Assembly: GCA_000092065.1 (NCBI GenBank)
Contig: CP000581.1
From: Ostreococcus lucimarinus
Taxonomy: Eukaryota
DNA length: 64,000 nucleotides
Strand: one strand, 5' to 3'
In this document: positions 9,655 to 18,408 of the stretch, one piece after another
Numbering within the stretch: the first letter of the stretch is position 1
Layout of the letters: each line of letters opens with the position of its first letter
The notes under the pieces: generated by a model
Told to the model about the DNA's origin: nothing
The model's database searches: none
The model's input: only the letters and a program-made list of their open reading frames with translations
Position numbers and translations under genes: made by a program

Positions 9655-11751
9655 TCAGTAGCCGAGCTTTTTGTTGAGCGCGCTCGCGCCGTCGCCGGAT
9701 TGGTTCGCCGGGGCGGTCCAGTCGGAATCGTCGGCGGCGGCTTCGGCGTCGAATCTCGCGCCCGAGGAGGCATCAAGAAGGCGCTGGATGTCTGACATGA
9801 CGGTATCCTCCGCGGATGGTGCGGCCGCGTGTGATGGCGCGGCTTTGGTTGGGGGTTTGCGAATTTCCAAGCCGGCGCGCACTTGATGCGGCATCAAGAA
9901 ACCGTCATCGTCGTCGCGCACCACGGGTTCAGTCTCAGCGGCGGTATGTGCTTCAATCTCGCGCTCGGTCGGTGTGACTCGTTGTTCGACGTCTTCGACG
10001 ATCACTGGGCCTTCGTCATCGGCGTTATCGGCGTTATCGGCGTCATCTTCGACGACGGCGGCTTTCGCTTTCGCCGGCGCCGACGTTGAGGCGGGATCGA
10101 CGCCTCCCGTGAACTTTCGCTTCTCTTGCAAGTTACCTTGCTCTTCCCATTCCGCTTGCCGTCGCATCTCTGCGTCACGTTTCTTGCGCGCTTCGAGTTC
10201 TTCCGCTCGCTTCGCTTCGGCGATTTCGGCGCGTCGTTTTGCCTCCTCGGCGCGTTTCGCCTCCGCCTCCTCGGCGTGTTTCCGCATGGCGTCTCCTTTG
10301 GCCGATCCAGGACGGAATTCCTCGGTTGGGTCGGCGTACTTCAACAGTCGAGACACTCGCTCGAGTTCAGACACTTTTTCGGAGAGCGTCACGCGTAATC
10401 TCTCGACTTGAGACGTGAATTTCGACGCGCCAATTTCGTCCATGTACGCATCCAACGCGTCGCCGTCTGCCGAAAGTCCCGCCGTGCGCTGACGTTCGGC
10501 GAGCGCGGCTTCTTCGGTGACTTTGATGAGTTCTTCCGTTTCCGTGATCGACGTCTCAATCGCTGTGCGCTTGTCCCACAACGTAGCCGCCGTCTCTAGC
10601 GTTTTCGGTGCCGCCGCGCCTTGCGTGGATTCTTTCTTCGACTCTTTTCGACGCTTACGACTCGCGCTCGTCCGCGAACGGTCGTAAAAGTCGTCTTCAT
10701 CTCCACTCTGACCGTCTTCGTCGTCCGAGTTCGCTCGCGTGCCCCGACGTCGCTTGGACACCGCAGCTTGCAAACCCAAACTCACGCGCAACGATTCGTT
10801 GAGCGTCTCATCGGCGTCCTCGATCTCTTCTTGCAACGTCTCGATCGCGCGCTCGACCGCAGATATTCGCGTCGATTGCCCGGACGATAGCCCACCGTCT
10901 TGCTGCGACTCCTTGGCTCGAATTCGATCGACTTCTAGGCGCATGTTTGAGATCTTTTCCTCCTTGCGCCGAATGTTTTGCTTTTGCTTTTCCTGTTTAT
11001 CGCTAAATTTCCCATCGTGCGTGCGCCAATCCAGCTCTTCGATCGCGCGTTGACGCTCGTTGATTTCGTCATCGGCATCCATCATCCCCCAAGACGACCC
11101 AGCCTTTGCCGCAGCCTCTTGTTCGCGCGCCGCCGCGCGTTCCGCCTTCAACGCCGCCAGTTCGCGCTGCATCTCAGCCTCCGCCGCGGCTTCCAACGCC
11201 GCTAACGCCTTCATCTCTGCCGCACTCAGCCCTTCCTCTGGCATCAAGCTCTCATCGCCGTCTAAAATATACAATCTACTCGACTCGCCGAGCTTGATCT
11301 GATCGCCGACTCGAATCGGCGCGTGCACGCCCGGCTTGACGCGTCGCTTATTCACAAACGTCCCGTGCGCGCTCTCGCAATCGTACACGTACGCCTCTGT
11401 CCCGTTCGCCTTGAACTGAATCACGCAATGCAAACGTGACGTCGACGGGTGTTCGACGACGACGTCGCACGCCGGATGCCTTCCGAACGTCACGTGTCCT
11501 CGCGGCGCGTCTTCGCCTTCGCCTCGGTCCAGTCGCGTCCTCGACGCCAACGCGCCGCCCTTGACGCAATCGAGATAAAACTCGCGCGCGGGCGCCCCGC
11601 CCCACGCGGGCGCGTCGTACGTCTTCCCGAGCGGCGGCGCGGACGCGCGATCGCGCGCGTCCGCGCTCGGCGCGGCGGGCTCGACGTCCGGGGCCGCCCC
11701 ACCGGCGGCGTCCTTCGTCGGCTTCGCGCGCGGCGCCGGCGGTCGCATCAT
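9655..11751 (-). CDS. FHA-domain coiled-coil protein, kanadaptin (SLC4A1AP)-like. The longest ORF extends to 11898, but the Met-Met at 11751 is the more plausible start.
   Basis: FHA core: …WGGAPAREFYLDCVKGG…VTFGRHPACDVVVEHPSTSRLHCVIQF…YVYDCESAHGTFVNKRRV…SSRLYIL. This closely parallels the kanadaptin FHA region. A long K/E-rich coiled coil and acidic tail follow. Contains a small GVIGVIGVI-encoding repeat on the opposite strand (~10040–10070). Confidence 0.7.
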   Translation of the reverse strand: MMRPPAPRAKPTKDAAGGAAPDVEPAAPSADARDRASAPPLGKTYDAPAWGGAPAREFYLDCVKGGALASRTRLDRGEGEDAPRGHVTFGRHPACDVVVEHPSTSRLHCVIQFKANGTEAYVYDCESAHGTFVNKRRVKPGVHAPIRVGDQIKLGESSRLYILDGDESLMPEEGLSAAEMKALAALEAAAEAEMQRELAALKAERAAAREQEAAAKAGSSWGMMDADDEINERQRAIEELDWRTHDGKFSDKQEKQKQNIRRKEEKISNMRLEVDRIRAKESQQDGGLSSGQSTRISAVERAIETLQEEIEDADETLNESLRVSLGLQAAVSKRRRGTRANSDDEDGQSGDEDDFYDRSRTSASRKRRKESKKESTQGAAAPKTLETAATLWDKRTAIETSITETEELIKVTEEAALAERQRTAGLSADGDALDAYMDEIGASKFTSQVERLRVTLSEKVSELERVSRLLKYADPTEEFRPGSAKGDAMRKHAEEAEAKRAEEAKRRAEIAEAKRAEELEARKKRDAEMRRQAEWEEQGNLQEKRKFTGGVDPASTSAPAKAKAAVVEDDADNADNADDEGPVIVEDVEQRVTPTEREIEAHTAAETEPVVRDDDDGFLMPHQVRAGLEIRKPPTKAAPSHAAAPSAEDTVMSDIQRLLDASSGARFDAEAAADDSDWTAPANQSGDGASALNKKLGY

Positions 11752-11917
11752 CGCGCGCGACCGCGCGAGGACGACGCTGAACGCTCGCGCGCGCTTCGCG
11801 CCGAACCGCGCGGCGAGCGACGGCGCGAACGATCGCGCGTCGGCGTGTCCCGCTCGCGCGCGGGCGAAAACATTCCAAATTCGCATTCGGGCCGTCACAC
11901 GCGCGCGCGCGCCGGCG

Positions 11918-12643
11918 ATGCCCGTGGCGAGAAAGCTGTTCGATCAGAGCGACGCGTCGGCGCCGGCGCGAGCGCTCGAGCGCGCCGGATCGTCCGCGAC
12001 GCCGATCGCAGACGGCGAAAAGTCGGTACAGTTTAAAAAGATGACTTTGAACGGTGACGAGAGCGGCGACGACGCGGAAGGGACTCGACGGGTGTCGTTC
12101 GACGCGTCGTCGGAGATTTTAAGCCCGATCGCGAAGCGCGCGGGAGTTGAGGCGGCGGAAGCGGAGGAGACGACGCCGGCGTCGCCCCCGCTGCGACCGG
12201 CGGGCGCCGGGACGAGCGAGACGTCGTTTCGATTCGACGACGCCGCGAGCGATGAGTCGAAAGAGAACGCGGGCGCGAGCGATGACGATGCGATGAGTTT
12301 TGAGAGCGCAGACGCGAGCATGGCGGTGAACATGACGAGGGACAGCGAGAATATGACGTTTCAGAGCGCGGGATATCGTTCGGCGCTGCTCGATTTCTCT
12401 AGCGACGACGAGTTTTCGGCGAGCTCGAAACGGCGCAAGTTCAGGATAGGCGCCCTGCTTCGACCGATGTTGGCGTTCGCGGCCGGATTCGCGGTCGTGG
12501 CCGTGATCGCGATCGAGGTGGCCTCGTCGAGCGGCGCGAAGGAGGGCGACGCCAAGCGCGGCGCGAGGCGAAAGCAGACGTTTCGCGAACTGTTCACCGC
12601 CTCCAAGGGCAGCCAGTCGTCGAAGGACGCCGCCGCCGTGTAA
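11918..12643 (+). CDS. Hypothetical acidic/Ser-rich protein with a C-terminal hydrophobic (tail-anchor-like) helix
   Basis: 241-aa ORF with a C-terminal segment IGALLRPMLAFAAGFAVVAVIAIEVA. An AT-richer UTR-like sequence follows the stop. Confidence 0.4.
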   Translation: MPVARKLFDQSDASAPARALERAGSSATPIADGEKSVQFKKMTLNGDESGDDAEGTRRVSFDASSEILSPIAKRAGVEAAEAEETTPASPPLRPAGAGTSETSFRFDDAASDESKENAGASDDDAMSFESADASMAVNMTRDSENMTFQSAGYRSALLDFSSDDEFSASSKRRKFRIGALLRPMLAFAAGFAVVAVIAIEVASSSGAKEGDAKRGARRKQTFRELFTASKGSQSSKDAAAV

Positions 12644-12723
12644 CAAAGATACCGAGAGTAATATACATTACATCACAGACGCCGGCCGATCGCGATCGTC
12701 GCCGCGCGGCGCTGTCTGCGCGT

Positions 12724-12966
12724 CTACGCGTCTACGCGTTCGCCCCGCTCGCTCGCCTCCAGAGCCCGCGCGAGCTCCTTCAGCGCCTCGACGCGCTCGA
12801 TGACGCGCTCGACCGTCGCGTCGACGCGCGCGATGTCCCGCTCGCACGTCGCGATCGCGTCGCGCTCCGCGCGCGACCGCGCGCGCTCGAGCGCGTCGCA
12901 CAACTCGCGTCGTCGTCGCACCAACCGATGGCCGCGCTGAAGTTCGCGCGACGCGCGTCGCCCGAC

Positions 12967-12998
<32 letters not shown>

Positions 12999-13017
12999 CG
13001 AACGTCACCGTCGCCAT
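12724..13017 (-). CDS. Possible small coiled-coil protein. Strand assignment is uncertain in this GC-rich block.
   Basis: The C-terminal ~98 aa of the minus ORF (MATVTFASS…ELCDALERARSRAERD…IERVEALKELARALE) looks heptad-like. The upstream part of the ORF is low-complexity. Confidence 0.2.
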
Positions 13018-13131
13018 CGTCGCGCGCGCCGCGCGCCGCGTGCCGCCGCGCGTCGGCGCCTGGCGTTCGGCTCGCGGAACGCCACAGACAACACCCAACC
13101 GCCGCACGCGCCGCACGCGGCGACGCGCGCC

Positions 13132-13590
13132 ATGGACGACGACGACGTCGAGCGCGGGACGAAATCCGCGACGATCGCGGCGTCGGCGTCGTCGCCGCGC
13201 GCGGAGCGGCGCGCGCTGTTGCGCGAGGACGACGGTCGCGGTCGGGTCCAGGGTGTTGGACGACGCGCGGGGTGGCGACTCGCGGCGGTGTGCGCGCTCG
13301 CCCTGATCGGCGCGGGCGCGGCGGGATACGCGCTGGGGGCGTCGCATCGCGGGCACGGATTGCTCGCGTGGCGCGGGGGGCGACACGGGCATCACCACCA
13401 CCGGTCGTCGTCGTCGTCGGGGCGTCGGCACCGCAGTCGGCGCGGCGACGGCGAGCGGCGAGGACACCGCGACGCGGCGACGGCGGTGACGAGCGCGGAG
13501 GCGAGGGACGCGGCGAGAATCGGTGTGAAAGGGGCGTCGCGCTCGCGCGCCGCGGCGCTGGCGGCGGCGCCGGAATTCGAGCGCGCGTGA
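13132..13590 (+). CDS. Possible small membrane protein (one TM, His-rich). Overlaps the previous candidate, and only one of the two is likely real.
   Basis: Contains the TM-like segment WRLAAVCALALIGAGAAGYALG. Followed by an AT-richer 3'-UTR-like stretch before the convergent stop at 13678. Confidence 0.25.
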   Translation: MDDDDVERGTKSATIAASASSPRAERRALLREDDGRGRVQGVGRRAGWRLAAVCALALIGAGAAGYALGASHRGHGLLAWRGGRHGHHHHRSSSSSGRRHRSRRGDGERRGHRDAATAVTSAEARDAARIGVKGASRSRAAALAAAPEFERA

Positions 13591-13677
13591 AACGCGCGAA
13601 AACGCGTTGCGAACGATGGCGGCGCGAGTCGTCTAGTCTAGTTTTGTTAATCTTCAATGCCTATCGCGTGTTGCGTT

Positions 13678-15576
13678 TTACGTGTCGTCGCTCTTTGGCT
13701 TGGGTAGTGCCGGCTCGAACGTCACTTCTTGCTTCGTTCGCGGGTCTACGATTCGCACTCTGCTCGAGCTCGACGGCGTCGCGACGGTCGGCGGCGGAGC
13801 CTCGGCGACGTCGGATCCTTCGTTCTCGGGCTCGACGACCGCGGACACCGGTGGCTCCTCGTCCGCGGGTGTTTCGACCACGGTTGTTTCGTCGACGTCG
13901 TCGATGTAGTCTTCGAGATCAGACGGGACTTCGACGCGGCCGTCGTCTTCGATAAATTCCTCCTCACCCGAGTCGTATTCTTCTGCGCCGTCGTCGTCCG
14001 CCGCGGTCGAGGGTTCGTCATCATTCATGACGTCCTGCATTTCGATCTCTCGCGGCGCCGCATCGTCGGGCGGGGAGGTCGCCGGCGCAGCGCTCTCCTG
14101 CTGCGCCGTCTCTTCGACGCTCGGCGACGCCGTCGCGCCTGCGCCCTCCTCCTCCGACGACGACGACGACACATGCGTCGATCCATCTTCGGCAACCTTA
14201 CCTTCCTTGGCTTCCTTCCTCTTTTTCTTCGCACCCTTATCCTTCTTTTTCTTCTCCTTTTCCTTACCCTGCTCCGCGGGCGTCTTCTTTTGTGCACCGA
14301 ATCTTGATCGAGCCTCGATGAACGACTCGGACGTGAGCTTGGAAAACAAGCTTTGCTCTTCGTCTTGCACGAGCTCTTTGGCGACGTCGGAGCCGAACCA
14401 ACGGTGTAGAGTGCCGTACATGAGCAAGCACGTGAGACCGAACGACACCGCGGTGACCATCTGCATCCCCAACATCACCTCGTCGCACACCTGCGCCGTG
14501 GCGAGCTCTATCGTGTCGCTCATCGGCTGGCAGCTCCCCAAGCCTTCGTCGATGATGCCAAAGTCTGCTCCAAAGGATGTCATCGCCGCGTTCAACGCCG
14601 TCATGTACTGCGACGACGCGTACGCGCCTCCCAGATCTTGGACGTTGCCGATCGTCTCCTTCAGCTTGACGTTATCTGCGTGCAAATCTTGCAAATACTC
14701 TCCGAGCTCGTACCCAAAGCGCGGACACACGAAGTACAGCTGCACGTTTTCCGGCACCACGAACTCCACCATGGCTTCGTAGGAGTAGCACACCTCGGCG
14801 CCGATCACGCTCACGGGCCAATACACCGAAGTCATCAAGAAGCAATAGATGAGCGTGAACAACGGAAGCGCGCGAACGAAATACTCTGGCGTGACTCGTC
14901 CCGGCGCTCGCTTCCACCACTGCGACACGGGCGTCTTGCCGTGATGGGCGATGATGGGCACCACCGACGTCGTGAGCAACGAGATCAGCAGCAGCATCAA
15001 CAACGTCATCGACGTCACGTAAATCACCACGAACGTCTTCACCCACTTCAGCGACTCTAAATCCTGAATAAACTCGATCGAACCGCTGTGATGCAGCATC
15101 GCCTCCGTCACCGCCGTCAGCGCCGTCGCGATCGTCGCCGTCGCCCCGACATCGTTCGCCGTCACCGCTTCCCGGCGCAGCATCGTCAACGAATCATCCA
15201 TCGCCATGATCGGCGCCCCGATCGCCCGCATTCCGCTCTGTCCATTCTCCGCCCACGCCTCGATCGTCTTCAGCGTCTGCAGCCCGCCTCGAAATCCTTC
15301 AATCAATCCAATCAGCGCCGCCGGTATGAACGCCAGGATCACCCCGATCGTGATGATCGCGCGCGTCTTCGCCTCTTTTATGTTTGTGTTCTCGAATATC
15401 GTCCGGTTTTGCGCCGTGTACGTGCGATAGTACATCAAACATATTCCCGCCGCGACGACCCCGGGCGAGGCGTAGGTGACCGCGATGAGGACGCAGGACG
15501 TGCGCAAGCCGTACGCGGTGAAGTGATGGAACGGGAGCTTGTGCACGAGCTCGCGCATGTCGAGCACGTACGACAT
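13678..15576 (-). CDS. Polytopic membrane protein (5 or more TM helices) with a long acidic, K/E-rich C-terminal tail. Family unassigned.
   Basis: 632-aa ORF with multiple hydrophobic helices (…LIAVTYASPGVVAAGICLMYY…, …IITIGVILAFIPAALIGLI…, …TLLMLLLISLLTTSVVPII…, …LFTLIYCFLMTSVYWPV…, …AVSFGLTCLLMY…). The C-terminus has a KEKEKKKKDKGAKKKRK stretch followed by a D/E-rich tail. Confidence 0.65.
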   Translation of the reverse strand: MSYVLDMRELVHKLPFHHFTAYGLRTSCVLIAVTYASPGVVAAGICLMYYRTYTAQNRTIFENTNIKEAKTRAIITIGVILAFIPAALIGLIEGFRGGLQTLKTIEAWAENGQSGMRAIGAPIMAMDDSLTMLRREAVTANDVGATATIATALTAVTEAMLHHSGSIEFIQDLESLKWVKTFVVIYVTSMTLLMLLLISLLTTSVVPIIAHHGKTPVSQWWKRAPGRVTPEYFVRALPLFTLIYCFLMTSVYWPVSVIGAEVCYSYEAMVEFVVPENVQLYFVCPRFGYELGEYLQDLHADNVKLKETIGNVQDLGGAYASSQYMTALNAAMTSFGADFGIIDEGLGSCQPMSDTIELATAQVCDEVMLGMQMVTAVSFGLTCLLMYGTLHRWFGSDVAKELVQDEEQSLFSKLTSESFIEARSRFGAQKKTPAEQGKEKEKKKKDKGAKKKRKEAKEGKVAEDGSTHVSSSSSEEEGAGATASPSVEETAQQESAAPATSPPDDAAPREIEMQDVMNDDEPSTAADDDGAEEYDSGEEEFIEDDGRVEVPSDLEDYIDDVDETTVVETPADEEPPVSAVVEPENEGSDVAEAPPPTVATPSSSSRVRIVDPRTKQEVTFEPALPKPKSDDT

Positions 15577-15673
15577 GGCGGCAGACGGCGGCGCTCCGCG
15601 ACGCGCACTGGGGATGGATGCAGGAGTGTTTTTTTAGTGTTACAGCGGCGCGAGGTGTTACCGCGAACCATGA

Positions 15674-16786
15674 CTACCCGCGGGTCGGCCTGCCTACGCG
15701 CCCGGACGATCGATCCGGCGCGCGGCGCAAAAACTCGTCCATCGCGAGCACGCGCATGTTCGTGTCGTCGACGCGCATCAGAACGTACGGTTTGGGCGAG
15801 CCCGGGACGACGCGCGCGACGCCGCTGGCGTCTCGCGTCTCGACGGCGTCGCCGCGCTCGGAACGAATCTCTAACAAGCGCACGCTCGGCCTGTGAACGT
15901 ACAGCGCGCCCGTGTCGGCGTCGAACGCGAACGTGGCGTCGCGACACCCCTTGATGATCGCTTTCAGTCTCAGCTTGCCGTGACTCAGGATGCGAAAGAG
16001 CAATACCCTGCGCGTCTCGTCGCCGACGGCGAAGCAGTCGCGCTCGGCGCAAATCTCAAATCTCGTGTACCGTCGCGGCGCGTCCACGAACGCGCAGTTC
16101 CACGTCGGCTTCTCTCGTTTCAGCGCGCTCACCTCATCCATATCCACGCCCTCGTACTCCCCCACCGCGTCCTCGCTCACGTCGGCGTCTCGGTCCACGA
16201 ATGTCTTCGCCACGCTCAGCGCCGTCGACGAAAACTTTCGTAACATCGCGAGTCCACCGCCGAGCGCCGTCTCGCGCTTCCCCGCGTCGTCGCTCGTCGC
16301 CGACGTCGACGCGATCGCCGCCCCTCCCACCGCGATCAGCGTCGTCGTCCCATCGTTCGCTCGCGCCGCGCCCGCGCACGCCGTCATCGGCGCCAGCCGC
16401 GGGAGCGTCCACCGCCGCGTCGCGCGTCCCGTCCTCGCGTCCCATCGCACGCACCGCTCGACGCTCGACGCGTACTCCCCGCACGCGCGAACGACGCGCG
16501 CGACGTCCACGCGCGTCTCCACGCCTCGAGTCGTCGCGACGTAGCCCGCGTCGTCGCCGACGACGACGCCCGTCGCCGTCGCGGCGCAGCACGCGATGGG
16601 GACGTCGCGCGCGAGCGCCGCCTCGCGCGCGTCCGACCGGCGCAGCGCGCGCGGGTCGCGACGCGAGCGGTAATACAGCGCGCCGTCGCGATACGCGACG
16701 CACTCGACGTCGACGTCGGCGCCGTCGAACGCGGCGGACATCGCGGTCTGGCGGTTCGCGTCGGCGTCGCGCGCGACCCGTAACAA
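15674..16786 (-). CDS. Hypothetical protein. Beta-rich and possibly a propeller-like fold.
   Basis: 370-aa ORF with normal amino-acid diversity (W, Y, F, C, N). No motif recognised. Confidence 0.45.
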   Translation of the reverse strand: MLRVARDADANRQTAMSAAFDGADVDVECVAYRDGALYYRSRRDPRALRRSDAREAALARDVPIACCAATATGVVVGDDAGYVATTRGVETRVDVARVVRACGEYASSVERCVRWDARTGRATRRWTLPRLAPMTACAGAARANDGTTTLIAVGGAAIASTSATSDDAGKRETALGGGLAMLRKFSSTALSVAKTFVDRDADVSEDAVGEYEGVDMDEVSALKREKPTWNCAFVDAPRRYTRFEICAERDCFAVGDETRRVLLFRILSHGKLRLKAIIKGCRDATFAFDADTGALYVHRPSVRLLEIRSERGDAVETRDASGVARVVPGSPKPYVLMRVDDTNMRVLAMDEFLRRAPDRSSGRVGRPTRG

Positions 16787-16822
16787 CGCGCGCGCGCGCG
16801 CGCGCGACGCGTGACCTCCGAA

Positions 16823-16839
16823 AACGGTCCCATATATTA
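16823..16839 (+). promoter_or_regulatory. GGTCCCATATATTA element immediately 5' of the U6 snRNA gene. Resembles the plant pol III upstream sequence element (USE) fused to a TATA-like sequence.
   Basis: Plant U6 promoters carry a USE (RTCCCACATCG) and TATA. Here both-like sequences sit abnormally close to the predicted 5' end, so the function is uncertain. Confidence 0.25.
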
Positions 16840-16840
16840 C

Positions 16841-17043
16841 GTCTTATCTTCGGATATGACACCTGATAAACTGGAAAAAAATACAGAGAAGATTAGCATG
16901 GCCCCTGCGCAAGGATGTGAGTGTTCGCTCGGACGCTCGCGCCGCGCACGCTCGGACTCGAGCGACGACGCCTATGCGCGGCGACTGACGGTCGCGTCGC
17001 GCGCGAATCGCAGGACACACAATAACTCAAGAAAAGTTACACG
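16841..17043 (+). ncRNA. U6: U6 spliceosomal snRNA gene, apparently split by a 97-nt spliceosomal-type intron. Exon 1 is 16841–16916 and exon 2 is 17014–~17043.
   Basis: Exon 1 carries the 5' stem-loop with CTTCGG loop, …CTGGAAAAAA, and the invariant ATACAGAGAAGATTAGCATGGCCCCTGCGCAAGGAT (16881–16916). Exon 2 GACACACAATAACTCAAGAAAAGTTACACG matches the U6 3' region (compare human GACACGCAAATTCGTGAAGCGTTCCATA). A T8 run follows. Confidence 0.8.
16917..17013 (+). other. mRNA-type (spliceosomal) intron inside the U6 snRNA gene
   Basis: GTGAGT donor at 16917. ACTGAC branch motif at 16984–16989, 25 nt before the acceptor. CAG acceptor at 17011–17013. Joining the exons restores the canonical U6 sequence …GCAAGGAT|GACAC…. 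Confidence 0.7.
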
Positions 17044-17051
17044 TTTTTTTT
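17044..17051 (+). terminator. T8 run: RNA polymerase III terminator for the U6 gene
   Basis: TTTTTTTT immediately after the U6 3' exon, as in other U6 genes. Confidence 0.65.
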
Positions 17052-17075
17052 GATTCGATTCGATTCGATTCGACG
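17051..17075. repeat. (GATTC)5 pentanucleotide microsatellite abutting the U6 terminator
   Basis: tgattcgattcgattcgattcgac read directly. Confidence 0.8.
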
Positions 17076-17394
17076 CGATTCGCGTCCGACGACCCGCAGA
17101 CGACGACGGACGTCCGGCACCACGACGCGCACGCTCGGATCGTTCGTGCGCGCGGCCGCCGCGCGCGCGCTCGTGCGAAGCGCGCTTCGCGTCGCGCGAG
17201 GCGCGCCGGACGAGGGCGCGCGACGCGCGATTCGCGACGAAATCCGTCGGCACGCCGAGTCGAACGCGTCGGCGGCGTCGCGCGGCGGCGCGTCGGAGGC
17301 GTCGCGCGCCGCGCACGCGATGAGCGAGGGACGGCGACGGTTGAAGGAGCTCGAGGAGATGATGCTGATGGTGAGGTAGGGGACGCGCGCGACG

Positions 17395-18378
17395 ATGGGG
17401 GCGGCGGCGGCGGCGCGCGGACGCGTCGCGGCGCTGGCGCGACACGCGGGCGCGACGTTCGAGCTCCCGACGCGCGCGATCGAGATCGCGGCGACGGCGG
17501 GCGAGGGCGGGGGTAACGTGACGCTGTTCGCGAACGCGCGCGTGGGTCGAAACGCGCGCGTCGTGGAGACGCCGTTCGCGTCGTGGGCGACGAGGAGCGC
17601 GACGTTCGCCGAACGCGCGGGACCTCGAGACTTTTTAGCGGCGTTTGAACCGGGCACCGTGCGCGAGACCGTGGCGCTGATGATGCACACGCTGAGCGAA
17701 AAGAAAGCGGACGAGTCAGCGTCGTCGTACGCCGCGAGTTGTCTGCCGGAATCGTTTCGGTTCGTCGACGCGTGCCTGAACGAAGCCGACGTTCAGGCGT
17801 TGGCTGGTACGGAGACGGAGTCGCGCGCGCGTTCGCGCGGTGAATTCGTGAGAAAGCTATCGGCGATGTCGAAGATCCCTGTCGCCGACATCGCGTGGGC
17901 GCTCGGCGCGGTGTCGTCGCGCGCGATGAAATCGGCGGCGGTGCCAGAATTCGCGCTCGTGCCCGGATGCGATTTATTAGACCATCACCCGCAACCGAAC
18001 TGCGAGGTGCGCCGAGACGGCGGGTCGACGCCGGACGTGTACGTTGCGACGACGAGAGACATCGCACCGGGCGAAGCGCTCACCATAAGCTATGGCAATC
18101 TCGGAAACGATCGCGCGTTGCGAATGTACGGCTTTAGCGACGCGGCGTTCTTTAAGAACGACACGCGACGAAGCGGTGTCCATCCGTCGAACGAGTCGGC
18201 GTTCGCGAAAACGCTCGACGCGCAATCTCTAGATGAATGGCTCGCGGACCGATCGTCGTGGTGTCGCGACGTTCCGGGACAAAAGGGCGAGGACGACGAG
18301 TGGTTTCGACACGTCTCGATTTTGCGCCGCGGGCAAACGGAAATCATAGACGCGTACGTGCGAGCGCTAGATTGCTAG
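17395..18378 (+). CDS. SET-domain protein lysine methyltransferase (Rubisco-LSMT/SETD-like)
   Basis: SET C-terminal signature …LVPGCDLLDHHPQPNCEV…GEALTISYGNLGNDRALRMYGF…. Confidence 0.65.
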   Translation: MGAAAAARGRVAALARHAGATFELPTRAIEIAATAGEGGGNVTLFANARVGRNARVVETPFASWATRSATFAERAGPRDFLAAFEPGTVRETVALMMHTLSEKKADESASSYAASCLPESFRFVDACLNEADVQALAGTETESRARSRGEFVRKLSAMSKIPVADIAWALGAVSSRAMKSAAVPEFALVPGCDLLDHHPQPNCEVRRDGGSTPDVYVATTRDIAPGEALTISYGNLGNDRALRMYGFSDAAFFKNDTRRSGVHPSNESAFAKTLDAQSLDEWLADRSSWCRDVPGQKGEDDEWFRHVSILRRGQTEIIDAYVRALDC

Positions 18379-18408
18379 GTGTATCAATTAGTAGAAATTT
18401 TGCTGGTG

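Noticed and set aside
16833-16839. TATATTA as the U6 TATA box at −30
   Set aside because: It sits only ~2–8 nt upstream of the predicted U6 5' end, too close for a canonical pol III type-3 TATA. It is kept only as a low-confidence USE/TATA-like element.
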